This document shows positions 9,094-21,600 of a DNA stretch of 64,000 bases, piece by piece. A program made the position numbers and the translations under genes. Location: assembly GCA_043228905.1 (NCBI GenBank), contig JBHGNT010000018.1:3658001-3722000 (forward strand). Direction: 5' to 3'. The notes under the pieces were generated by a model that was not told where the DNA came from, ran no database searches, and saw only the letters and a list, made by a program, of their open reading frames with translations. Within the stretch, counting starts at the first letter, position 1. Each line of letters opens with the position of its first letter. The stretch is from Azolla caroliniana. Taxonomy: Eukaryota; Plantae; Polypodiophyta.

Positions 9094-12000
9094 TCACTCC
9101 GGCATGGGGTGTCTTACTAGTCTGATCCTTTTCCGGCATGCATCCAGCTTGTCGGGTATCAGAACTTTGGTCAGCATATCTGACCCGTTCTCGGCCGTGT
9201 GGATCTTCGTCAATGCGAACTCCTGGTCATCTACTCTTTCCCGGATCCAGTGATACCTTCATTGGATATGCTTCATCTGGGAATGGTAGGCCGCATTCTT
9301 AGCAAGGTGGATGGCACTTTGACTGTCGCAATAGAGTCGGTATTCATCTTGTCGGATACCGAGCTCTCCGATGAAGTCCTTCATCCATAATATTTCCTTG
9401 CCGGCTTCCACAGCCGCCATGTACTCCGCTTCCGTGGTTGACAACGCAACTGTCTTCTGCAACCTCGACTGCCACGAAACAGCTCCCCCTGCATATGTCA
9501 TTACATACCCGGATGTAGACCGGCTGGTATCCACATCAGCCGACATGTCCGAATCGGTGAAACCATCAAGTTGAGGTTTTCTGGAGCCGAATCGGAGACA
9601 CATATTTGAAGTGCCCTTCAAATACCGGAGTATCCATTTGACCGCGTTCAAGTGCTCCTTGCCGGGATTGCTCATAAATCGGCTCACCACTCCGACTGCG
9701 TATCCTATATCCGGTCGGTACACACCATTGCGTACATCAAGCTCCCAACGGCAGAGGCATATGGAATCTTCATCATATCCGCCTTCTCTGCTTTCATCTT
9801 CGGGCTTTGCTTACCGGATAACCTGTAGTTTGCCGGAACTATCGATCCGACCGGTTTCGCATCTGACATGTTGAACCGTTGAAGCACCTTTGTCACGTAC
9901 TTCTCCTATGACAGCCATAATTGCTTCATTGACCGGTTCCGAGTAATATGCATCCCCAGCATCTGTCTTGCCGGAACCAAGTCTTTCATTGAGAAGGTCC
10001 GGTTGAGAGCCTTCTTCAGCATCCGTATTTTGGCTTGGTCCCGTCCGATGATTAACATGTCGTCCACGTACAGAAGGAGTATCAGGAAGTCGCCTCCTTC
10101 GAACTTCTTCACAAACACGCAGTGATCGGCCTGCGTCTTGTGGTACCCTTGATCGGTCATGAAGGAATCGAACTTCCGGTACCATTGTCAGGGAGCCTAC
10201 TTTAGTCCGTACAGGCTCTTCTTCAGCCGGCATACCAGGTGCTCCTTCCCTTTCTCCACAAATCCTTCCGGTTGCTGCATGTAGATCTCCTCTTTGAGGT
10301 CACCGTGAAGGAATGTCGTCTTCACGTCCAGCTGCTCTACCTCAAGGTCCATGCTTGCCGCTATACTCAGCACCGTCCGGATGGAGGTCATCTTTACCAC
10401 CGGGGCAAATATCTCGTCAAAGTCCACGCCCTTTTTCTGCTAGAACCCCTTCACCACGATCTTGGCTTTGTATCTCGGGGGGTTGCCGGCGTTTCCCGGT
10501 TTCAACTTGTACACCCACTTGTTTCGGAGTGCCCGCTTTCCTTTCGGCAACTCCACCAATTCGTACGTACGGTTCTCATGCAGGGAATCCATCTCATCCT
10601 GCATGGCACTTAACCATTTGCGGTTGTGGGCGTCATCCTTCGTTTCTTCGAAGCTTTCCGGCTCCTCCTCATCGGTCAGCAGAACATGCTCTGCATCCGG
10701 AAATCTCCGGGGGGCCCTTCTCTCTCTTTGAGGATATCTCTGTCTTCGGGCTTCGGTAACCGGCTCCTCCATTTGCTCTTCATCCGAATCCGATTCGGGG
10801 TCTTGGCCGGTTCCGGTTTCAGCTTCCTCTACTTCTTCTTCAGCCTGTTCGGTATCCTCACCGTAATCGGCTGGTCCCTCGAGTGCTAACCAGTCTCTTG
10901 CCGGTTGGGTCTGCTCATCGTAGAGTCGATCCTTACCGGTCGACTCGGAGTTCATTATCTTCTTCTCCGACTCCCAGTTGGCGAGCATCTTGGCCTCCAT
11001 GAAGCTAATATCTCGACTCCGGAATACCTTCTTGTCGACCAGGTCCCACACTCGGTAGCCGAACTCATCGTCACCGTAACCGAGGAATATGCATGGCCGG
11101 GTCTTTGGATCTAACTTTCCTCTCCGGTCCTTAGCTACATGCACGTACGCGAGACACCCGAAAACCTTCAGATGCCGGTAGGATACTTCCTTACCGGTCC
11201 ACACTCTCTGTGGCGTGTCTCCGTCCAAGGGTACTGAGGGTGATCTATTTATCACATAAGTCATCGTTGATAGTGCATCAGCCCAAAACTTCTTGGGTAG
11301 TTTTGCATGCGCTAGCATACTCCGGACCCTCTCCATTATGGTCCGGTTCATCCTCTCGGCCAGTCCGCTCAGTTCCGGCGTCTTCGGCACGGTAAATTCG
11401 AGCCGGATTCCCTTCGAGCGGCAGTACTCCTCGAACTGCCCCTGGTATTCTCCTCTGTTATTTGCTCGAACCGCCTTTAGCTTCCGGCCGGTTTCTCTTT
11501 CCACTCTCGCGTGGAGCTCTTTGAAGACGGATAGCACCTGATCCTTCGTCTTCATCGGTGTGGCCCACAGCTTCCGGTTGTGGTCATCTATGAACGTCAC
11601 GAAGTACTGCGCTCCGGCATGTGACTTCGTGTCTACTTGACACACATCCGTATGCACCAACTCCAGTGGTGCATTACGTCTCATCGGTGGCCTTGGTCGG
11701 AAGGAGGTCCGGTTTTGCTTACCAACCAGACAATTAGTGCACTTCTCCAAGTGCACGTTCTTCACTGGAATGAGGTTGTCGTCTGCAAGCCTCTTCATCC
11801 CCTTCTCGCTCATATGACACAGCCTCTTGTGCCACAGCTCACCGGCAGTGTCGGATGCAACGTTCACTTCTTCCGGACATAACCAGGCATTCATCAGGTA
11901 CAGTGTGTTGACCTTCCGGGCCTGAGCCATAATCAGGCTCCCTTTACTGAACTTCATGACACCGTTCCGGATGCTACCCGTGTAGCCTTCATCATCTAGC

Positions 12001-12871
12001 CGACCGGCTGATATCAGGTTCAGTCGAACCTCCGGAACGTGTCGGACATCCTTCATCAGCAACTTGCATCTGGTTGGTGTTGACAGCCACACGTCTCCTA
12101 TGCCGACAATTCAGCATGTACCTTCATTCCCCATCCGGACACAGTCGTGATCACCGGCTGAGTAGGATGAGAAGCATTTCCGATCTGGGGTAAGGTGGAA
12201 CGACGCTCCGGAGTCGACCACCTAGGTCATCTCGTCGCCGGCAAGGTTTATCTCACTCTCCTCGATGATGAGCATCAACTCCTCTTCACTTGCCGCGATT
12301 GCCGTCGTTCCCTTCTGGTCCGGTCCCCTACGGTCTTTACCGTTCCGGTCCGGTGTCCGCTTCGAATCGGTACCGTCGGTTTCCTTGTCCTTTTGGAAAT
12401 GCCGACAATTCTTCTGGAAGTGTCCCGGCTTGCCGCAATAGAAGCAAGTAGGTCTCCCCCTTGACTTTGACCGTGTCCCCGACTTTTCCCGGTTCTGGGG
12501 ACTACGGTTTCTTTGTCTTCCACGTTCCGATTCGGTAAGGACCGCTTTGGAGTCGGAGCTCGTATCTTTATCTTTCCGACGCACCTCCTCATCTAGCAAG
12601 CTCGACTTTACTCTTGCTAGGGATAACCGCTTTCCCTCCGGCCCGGCGTTGCCCAAAGTGACAACCAGCATCTCCCAGCTATTCGGGAGGGAACCGAGCA
12701 GGAGTAGTGCTAGTACCTCATCGGCGAGAGGTACTTCCAACGAAGTTGCCTGGTGGATCAGCCCCTGGAAGGCATTCATGTGCTCCGCCATGCTGGAGCC
12801 ATCTTGGTACCGGAGTCTTACTAGCTTCCGGAATACCGAAACCTGATTAACAGCATTTTTGTTTTGAAACA
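9094..12871 (-). pseudogene. Copia C gag-pol (gag C-terminus, protease, integrase, RT, RNase H) with several stops and frameshifts; gag N-terminus lies at 29924-29652
   Basis: CFYCGKPGHFQKNC, VVDSGASFH, LWHKRLCH, LELVHTDV, YVDDML, TDSDMS. Gag reads continuously across the Copia B insertion (KIDIMF|QNKNAVN). Confidence 0.9.
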
Positions 12872-15800
12872 TGTTGAGAGACAAGCTCAACATCGGCCGG
12901 ATCGGTTGAAGAAGCCGAGGACCAGATCGGTTGGGACCGATCGGTTAGGTTGTTAGGAAAGATATTCCGTGAGGAATATATTTGGGAGTTAGTGTAAGAG
13001 CTCTTAATGAGCATTGAAGTACTGTCAGTACTTCGGTCAATCCTCCTAGGACTTGTACAAAGTGTTCATTGAACACATATATGTTTGTTGTTGTTTTTTT
13101 CTATATAGAAATATACACACATTCTCTTTTGGTGTCTTCTCTCTCACTCTCTCGGTCTCCCCCACGTATACTGTGTAAGCTCAAGCTCTCCATTAAACCT
13201 AAGTGTTCTTCCTTCTGTTCTGTCTTTATACTTGCTTCCGCACGCTACTTTCTACATGGTATCAGAGCGCGAGGGTTGAGAACCTCTCTGCAGCTGACAC
13301 AGCTTGACGAAGAAGAACGATGGATAGAGGCATGGCGAGCTCGCTTCCAACAGAGAAGCTCGACAGAACCAACTACGCGTCTTGGTCCTACAAGATGCAC
13401 CAGTACCTGCTCGGGCACGGCTACTGGAGTTATGTCGAAGGAGCTAATGACGCAGCACCCGAATCGACACACAGAGACTTTCCGTCATGGGAGCAATCGG
13501 CAAGCAGGGTATTATACTGCTTCGCGTCGTGTGTGGGCGAACAACTATTGAGCTATGTTCGGGATGCAAAGACGTCGAAGGGTGCGTGGGAAAATCTGAA
13601 GAAGATTTTCGCCGCGAGCACCACATCTAGGAAGCTTCAGTTCCGATAGGGGTTGAGCAACCTACGACAACGCGACTTGTCGGTGGCAGACTATACCTCG
13701 AAGATCAAGGATATCTGCGACTCCCTCGCCTCCATAGAGGTGAACATCGAGGAGAGCGAGATGGTCCAGATCTGTCTCGGAGGTTTGGCGTCGAAGTTCG
13801 GAGCGTTCCGAACGGCTGTGTGTACCCGGGAGAATACGCCGTCCTTTTTTGACTTAGAGTCAATGCTCCTGGTAGAGGAGAATCACGCGGGTGCGTCTAC
13901 AAGCACGCACACCGACAAGAGAATGTTGTACACGGAGGGAGATAGGCCTTGTGGACATGGAGGACGAGGCGAGTCGGCGCGCAATGGAGGCGGCCGACGA
14001 GATCAAGGAAGAAGGCACCAAACTGATGCCGACAGCAACTCCAGACCCTCCGGAAACAGGGGGAGTCGAAGCGATGAGAACCGGCAAGGGAAGGTCATCG
14101 CGGAGTGCTGGTACTGTGGCAAGAAAGGCCACAGGGAAAGTGAGTGCTGGAAGAAGCGCGCCGATTCAGAGAGAACCGGTTCCGGAAACGGCTCTAGACA
14201 TACTGACAAGGGAAATCGGCAGTGATCGCACTACGCCAAAGACTCCGGGAGAGCCGGAGAAGGGTCTGCCTTCGTCACGAGACACGAAGCAAACTCAATG
14301 AAACAGAGCACCCCGAGATCAGACGAGGTGTGGTACGTAGACTCCGGCACGTCAAACCACATGACGAGCCATAAGGAGTGGTTCTCGTACGTTGAAAAAC
14401 CGATACAACCTGGAGTAGTTGCAACAGGAGACGACACTCCGCATCCGATCCCGAATGTCGGAGAAGTTCCCCTTAGCCATGTCGGGCAGAAAGGGAAACT
14501 CATGAACGTGTTGCACGTCCCAACAATCACGAAAAACTTGGTCTCGGTCTGACAGATCGTCGACCAAGGGATGGAGGTTCGGTTTACACACCTCGGGTGC
14601 TTCATTGAGGAAGAACATCGTGTGATTGCGCAAGGGCGCAGAGACGGGAGGATGTTCATCCTCGATTCCACTGACGGCGGCACCGCAATGTTCGCGAAGG
14701 GACAAAAAACCGAGTCGGACATCGATTTGTGGCACAAGCGGATAGGCCACGTCAACCATCAACGGCTTCAAGATCTGCAATCGAAATAGGTAGTGTTCGG
14801 ATTGCCCAAATTTAGTGGCCGGAAGGCACAAATTTGTGAAGCCTGCCAGCTCGGGAAGCAACACCGACTTCCTTTCCCAAACGAGCGAAACCGGAGCCGG
14901 AACAAGCTCGACCTTATACACTCCGATGTATGGGGGCCGGCACAAAACGTTAGTCTTGGCGGGAGCCGATACGTCGTCTCCTTCATCGACGACCACACGC
15001 GGCACACGTGGATCTACCTCATTGAGAGGAAGAGCGAAGTCTTCGACTATTTCCGGGACCTCAAAGGGTTCGTGGAAACGGAAACGGGACGAAAGATCAA
15101 GTGCCTGCAGTCGGATGGCGGGAAAGAGTACTTTTCCGGTCAATTCAACGGTTACCTACAACAAATGGGAATTCGCCGCAAATTCAGTTGTAGATACACG
15201 CCGGAGCAGAACGGCGTGGCCGAGAGAAAGAATCGGTCAGTTGTGGAAGCGGCACGGGCAATGCTGGAGGAGAAGAGCTTGCCCAAGTTCTATTGGGCCG
15301 AGGCGGTAAGGACCGCGGTATACATCCAGAACCGGATCGGAGACAAGGTGTCGGCGCACGAGCTATACTTCGGAACGAAGCCGAACTTACGACACTTGAG
15401 GGTGTTCGGTAGCATTGCGTATATGCATATACCGAAGGAGAAAAGGAGGAAGCTGGACGCAAAGGCCGAGAAATGCATCTTGGTCGGTTACTCGGACGAG
15501 CAGAAGGGTTATAAGTGCTATAACCCTCGCACCAAACAAGCGCGTGTCAGCCGCGACGTTGTGTTTGACGAGTCCGTGTCCTGGTACCTGCCCCCGACTA
15601 CAAACCCCGACTCCAATCCGAGCTCTGACGATGAGGTCAGCGAGGCCGAGATGCCTCCGGATGAGCCCGAAATCGAGACCCGCGAAGAGAGTCTGATTCA
15701 CTCTGGTTAAGTGGACCGATTGGACGGCTGAGTCGGTACGACCTGTCTGATAAAGAGTCGGCGAGTAGTGGAGACTCGGCCGTGCATTCCCCACGCAGGA

Positions 15801-18016
15801 AGCCGAGGAGATGGCTTACACGCAAAGAGAAAGGGAAGAAGAAGGTGTCGGATTCTGACACGGGTAGGAACGAGTCAGACCGACGCGAGTCCGACTCCGA
15901 GGGAACCGGTGACGGGTCTTTAAAAGTGAAGTCCGCGTCGATCGAGAAGGCCTCGACATCGGCTAATGCGAGATTACGCCGATCTACCCGCCAGAAGAAT
16001 CCTGTTTTGCGGTTCAGATACAACGAGTACATGGCGCATCATTATGCGTACATGACCCGTGTAGCGGAAGTGCGTGAGCCGGAAAGCTACGCAGAAGCGG
16101 CTAAAGACGCGAATTGGCGTGCCGCGATGGAGGAAGAGATGCACGCATTGGCGGAGAACGAGACTTGGGACCTGGTTGACGCACCAAGAGGGGTAAAACC
16201 GATCGGGTGTAGGTGGGTGTACAAAGTCAAGTACAACACTGATGGCTCGGTCAACCGGTACAAGGCTCGGCTAGTGGCAAAGGGCTACGCATAGAAACAC
16301 GGCATCGACTACGATGAGACATTTGCGTCGGTCGCGAAAATGACAACCGTCCGTGTTTTGCTCGCAGTAGCCGCGGCCAAGGGGTGGCACCTACATCAAA
16401 TGGATGTAAAAAATGTGTTCCTACAAGGTGACCTTGAGGAACAAGTGTACATGGTACAGCCCCCCGGATTTCCCTCCAGAACGAACTCCTCGGCAGTATG
16501 CCGACTGAAGAAGTCCCTTTACGGACTGACGCAAGCCCCGCGTGCCTGGAACGCGAAGATCACGCAACAACTGCATCGGATGTGCTTCGTCACGTCAAAA
16601 TCGGACTCTTCCTTGTTCATCCGGAAAGGTCGACTCGGACCGGTTAGTATTCTACTATATGTCGATGACTTGGTCATCACCGGCACCAACCTAGGCGAAA
16701 TCGACCACGTGAAGCTCCAGCTTGCGGCATCGTTCGACATTGTAAACGTGAGTGTTTGCGGAAGCATAAAACAGAGAACAACACACACACAGAGAGATAG
16801 AGACAGAGAGAGCAGAACGTAATTTCAAAATTATATCAAGACTCTATATACACACTGTGCTAAGTAGCAATATTTAGACAAGTCCTCTTGGTCACACGAG
16901 CATCTGACACTTACTACGAGACTATAGATACCTAGTAGTCTATCCTATTCTAGTCTTCCGATTGGACTGCCGGTTACGGATTGCACCCGGCCTCCACTGC
17001 TTGCCGGTTCGGTTGCTCACCGTCATACCGATCCGTTTCGCCCGATCCGTCTCGCTTACCAGCTCCGGCTTATTCAGCCGATTCGGCTCCGGTTGAGCTT
17101 GCCGCTCAACACTCCCCCTCAAGCTCAACCTGAGGTGGGGTCGTAGTGTCGACCTCTGTGGCAGTCGGTTCTTTCAACCAACTCCTCCTGGCGTCACTCC
17201 GCCTTGCTCGCGCTCCTCGTCCGGTCCGGTCCCGTTTGCCGCGACCCCTTTGGTTCTGCGTGCCTCGACCCTCTCGGTCGGCATGTCTGCTCAATAGGCC
17301 CATCTCAGCACTCACGTTGTTGTGACTCCGGCGCTTGCCGATCCGTCGGTTCTCCCACGATGGCATCGACTTCCACTGTGTCCGTGTCCCATTGGTCTTC
17401 AGTCGATCCGTCTCATCCGGATCCATCTGTTGATCCAAGTCAGCTGTCTCCGACTCGTTCCAGCTCTTGTCCGAATCGGTATACTCCGATTCGACTTCCG
17501 GCTTCAGGCCTCTCACCACATCGAACCACTTCCGTGTCTTGGCCTTCTCCATGCTTCCCTCGGCTTCTTCAGCCGGTGAACCGAAATCGAATTCTTCATT
17601 CGACTCCGCATCATGGTCAGTACCGTCGTGATGACCTCCGCACAGCTTGCACTTCTCTTCCTGAGTGCACAACTCTTCTTCACAGCCGCTTGCTCCGACC
17701 TGTTCGGATGTGTCGACTTCCTTCGCCGACTCGGCTTCCTTTATCTTCTTATCTCCTCTTCTTCCGGCTCTCCTCTTACCGACGGGTTCAACAGTTTGTT
17801 GGCCTTTGCCCGTTTCGGTAGAGACTTTGTCCTTGCTTCTCCCCCTCAAGTGCGGCACGACGAGATGTTGAACACCAAGCATGTCGGTAAAGTGTTGCAA
17901 CTTGTCTGATCCGAGCGGCTTGGTGAAGATGTCGGCAACTTGCCGATCCGTATGAACATACTGTAGGTCAACTTGTTGGGATTACGGTCCCTCCGGATGG
18001 GATGGTCGGATGTCCG

Positions 18017-18145
18017 GGAATCGGATGATGAATACCCCGGTTACGAAACCGGATGCTGAAGACCCCGACTACGGAGCCGGATGCTGAAGACTCCGGCTAC
18101 GGAGCCGGATGCTGAAGACCCCGGTTACGGAGCCGGATGACGAAT
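18017..18145. repeat. Tandem ~29-bp repeats with internal palindromes in the U3 of the Copia D LTR (also 22773-22900)
   Basis: CCGGATGCTGAAGAC(C/T)CCG(G/A)(C/T)TACGGAG, about 4 copies. Confidence 0.9.
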
Positions 18146-18645
18146 GTACCCGGAGAGAGATCCGGATGCGGGGACATATTTGTGAATATGTTTTGCCAAG
18201 AGCCCTTGAGGCTATATTTGTAAATAGCCCGAAAGTCATATGTGTATAAATATGACTTAGGGCAAACAGTTTAAATGTTGTTGCTCATTTTTTTTATGTT
18301 TTCAATCGAGAGAGCAAAGTGAGAGCAGCCGAGAGAGAGGGAGAGAAACGAAGAGGTCGACATCTCTGTGTATCACCGCCGCCTGTGGCGAAGACAGTGA
18401 GCTCAAGGTCGTTGCCTTGTAGCTTCACCATTGTACACCTCTGTTTATAGTGATAGTTGGAGTTTGAGGACTCCCGTGGTTTTTCCCATTTAGGGTTTTC
18501 CACGTAAAACATCCTGTGTACTCCTCTCTCTATTGTCCTCGTGTACTTTGTATTTCCCGTTTTCTGTGAGTTGATCCTATTCCTCGGTTTGTGACCGAGC
18601 GCTGTTTTGCAACAAATTGGTATCAGAGCGACGGTAACACAGAAA

Positions 18646-21600
18646 ATGGAAGGCGGCGGTAGTGGGCCTCCGGGCATGATGGTGTTGAACTCACAGAACT
18701 ACGCCGACTGGAAGATAAAGATGGAAGACCTTCTCATCGTCCGAGACCTGTATGAACCGATCGACAATGCCGAGATACCCAAGGGGGTAATAGAGTCGGA
18801 GTGGAAGCTCCTGAACCGGAAAGCCGTAGCGACGATCCGGCAATATGTCGATGTAAGCGTTCTACAACATGTGGCGAACGACACCAACGCATATGAGATG
18901 TGGAAGAAGCTGTCGGGCCTCTACGAGAGGAAGAATGCGTTGAACCGGACCTCCCTGATGAGGAAGATAGTGAACCTCAAGTACCGGGACGGCGAGAATA
19001 TGGTGGAACACGTGAGCACGTTCATGGGATTCGTGAACCAGCTTGCGGCGATCAAGTTCCCGTTGGAGGATGCAATGCAAGCCATCATTCTGATGTGTAC
19101 ATTGCCGGAAAGCTGGGAGAACTTGGTGGTGACTCTCAGCACCTCCTGCACCGAAGATAACTTGTCTCTACAAACGGTAAAGACAAGCATTTTGAACGAA
19201 GAAGCGCGTCGGAGAGATAAAGAACCGGTTTCCGATCCGAAGATGCTGCTTACCAAATCAGATCGGGGAAGACAATGGAACCGGAGTCCGCAAAGACGGG
19301 AGAAGTCGGGGACCCGGTCGCAGTCAAGAGGAAGGCCCACATGTTTCCACTGTGGGAAGCCGGGGCACTTCCGGAAGAATTGTCGGCATTACCGAAAGGA
19401 CAACGGAGCCGACGACACCGATTCGAATAAGTCACCGGAGAGAAACGGTGCATACCGGGGAGCCACGGACCGGAGAGGTCCGGATCGGCGAGGGCAGGAC
19501 CGGAAAGGAATGACGGCACTCGCGGCAAGTGAAGAAGAGATAATGCTCATTACCGAAGAGAGGGAGCTGAACCTTGCCGGTGTAGAGATGACCTGGGTGG
19601 TCGATTCCGGAGCGTCGTTCCACCTGACCCCGGAGAAGAAATACTTCTCATCCTACACAGCCGGTGAGCACGGCTGTGTCCGGATGGGAAATGAAGGCAC
19701 ATGCCGGATTGCCAGCATAGGAGACGTATGGCTGATGACATCAACCGGATGCAAGATGCTGTTGAAGGATGTTCGACACGTTCCGGAGGTCCGATTGAAC
19801 CTGATCTCGGTCGGGAGGCTAGATGATGAAGGCTACACGGGTAGCATCCGGAACGGTGTCATGAAGTTCAGCAAAGGGAGCCTGATAGTGGCTCGGGCCC
19901 GGAAGGTCAATACACTGTACCTGATGAATTCCCGGCTATGTCCGGAGGAGCTGAACGTGGCAGCCGACACTGCCGGTGAGCTATGGCACAAGAGACTGTG
20001 CCACATGAGTGAGAAGGGGATGAAGAGGCTTGCCGATGACAACCTGATACCGGTAAAGCACGTACACCTGGGGAAGTGTACCGACTGTCTGGCCGGTAAG
20101 CAAAACCGGACCTCCTTCCACTCAAGGCCACCGACGAGACGTAGCGCACCATTGGAGTTGGTACACACTGATGTGTGTCAAGTAGAAGCGAAGTCACATG
20201 GCGGAGCTCAGTACTTCGTAACATTCATAGATGACCATAGCCGGAAGCTGTGGACGGCACCGTTGAAGACAAAGGACCAAGTATTGTCCGTCTTCAAAGA
20301 ACTCCACGCGAGAGTGGAAAGAGAATCCGGCAAGAAGCTGAAAGCGATACGAGCGGATAACGGAGGGGAATACCGGGGGCAGTTCGCAGAGTACTGTCGC
20401 TCGAAGGGAATCCGGCTCGAGTTTACTGTGCCGAAGACGCCGGAACTGAACGGGTTGGCCGAGAGGATGAACCGGACCATAATGGAGAGGGTCCGGAGTA
20501 TGCTAGCACATGCGAAATTACCCAAGGGATTTTGGGCTGAGGCAATGTCGACGGCGACGTATGTGATAAATAGATCACCCTCAGTACCTTTGGACGGAGA
20601 CACGCCGCAGAAAGTGTGGACCGGTAAGGAAGTGTCCTACCGGCATCTGAAGGTGTTCGGGTGTCTCGCATACGTGCATGTGGCAAAGGACCGGAGAGGA
20701 AAGTTAGATCCAAAGACCCGGCCATGCATATTCCTCGGTTACGGCGACGACGAGTTCGGCTACCGAGTATGGGACCCGGTCGACAAGAAGATATTCAGGA
20801 GTCGAGATATCATTTTCATGGAGGACAAGACACTCGCCGACTGGGAGTCGGAGAAGAAGATGAAGAGCTCCAAGTCGACCGGTGAGGATCAACTCTACGA
20901 GGAGCAGTCCCGACCGGCAAGGGACCGGTTAGCACTCGAGGATCCGGCCAAAGACGGTGAAGAAACAGAACCGGCCGAGGAAGATGAAACTGATACCGGA
21001 ACCGGCCCCGATCCCGAAATGGATTCGGATGAAGAGGAAACGGAGGAGCCGGTTACCGAAGCTCCGGAACAGAGATATCCTCTAAGAGAGAGAAGGGCCC
21101 CCCGGAGATTTCCGGAACCAGAGCACGTGCTGCTAACCGACGAGGGGGAGCCGGAGAGCTTTGAAGAAGCAAAACTTGACACCCATAGCCGCAGGTGGTT
21201 AAGTGCCATGCAGGAGGAGATGGATTCCCTGCATGAGAACCACACATATGAACTTGTGGAGTTGCCGAAAGGAAAGCGGGCACTTCGAAACAAGTGGGTG
21301 TTCAAGCTGAAACCGGGAGATGTCGGAAACCCCCCGAGATACAAAGCCAGGATCGTAGTGAAGGGGTTCCAGCAGAAGAAGGGCGTCGACTTCGACGAGA
21401 TATTTGCCCCGGTAGTGAAGATGACCTACATCCGGACGGTGCTGAGCATAGCGGCAAGCGTGGACCTCGAGGTAGAACAGATGGACGTGAAGACGGCATT
21501 CCTTCACGGTGACCTCGAAGAAGAGATCTACATGCAGCAACCGGAAGGATTCGAGAAGAAAGGGAAGGAGCACCTGGTATGCCGGTTGAAGAAGAGCCTT

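Noticed and set aside
18050-18120. Hammerhead ribozyme (CTGAAGA followed by a hairpin) as in retrozymes
   Set aside because: No GAAA after the stem and no stem I/III pairing with an NUH cleavage site.
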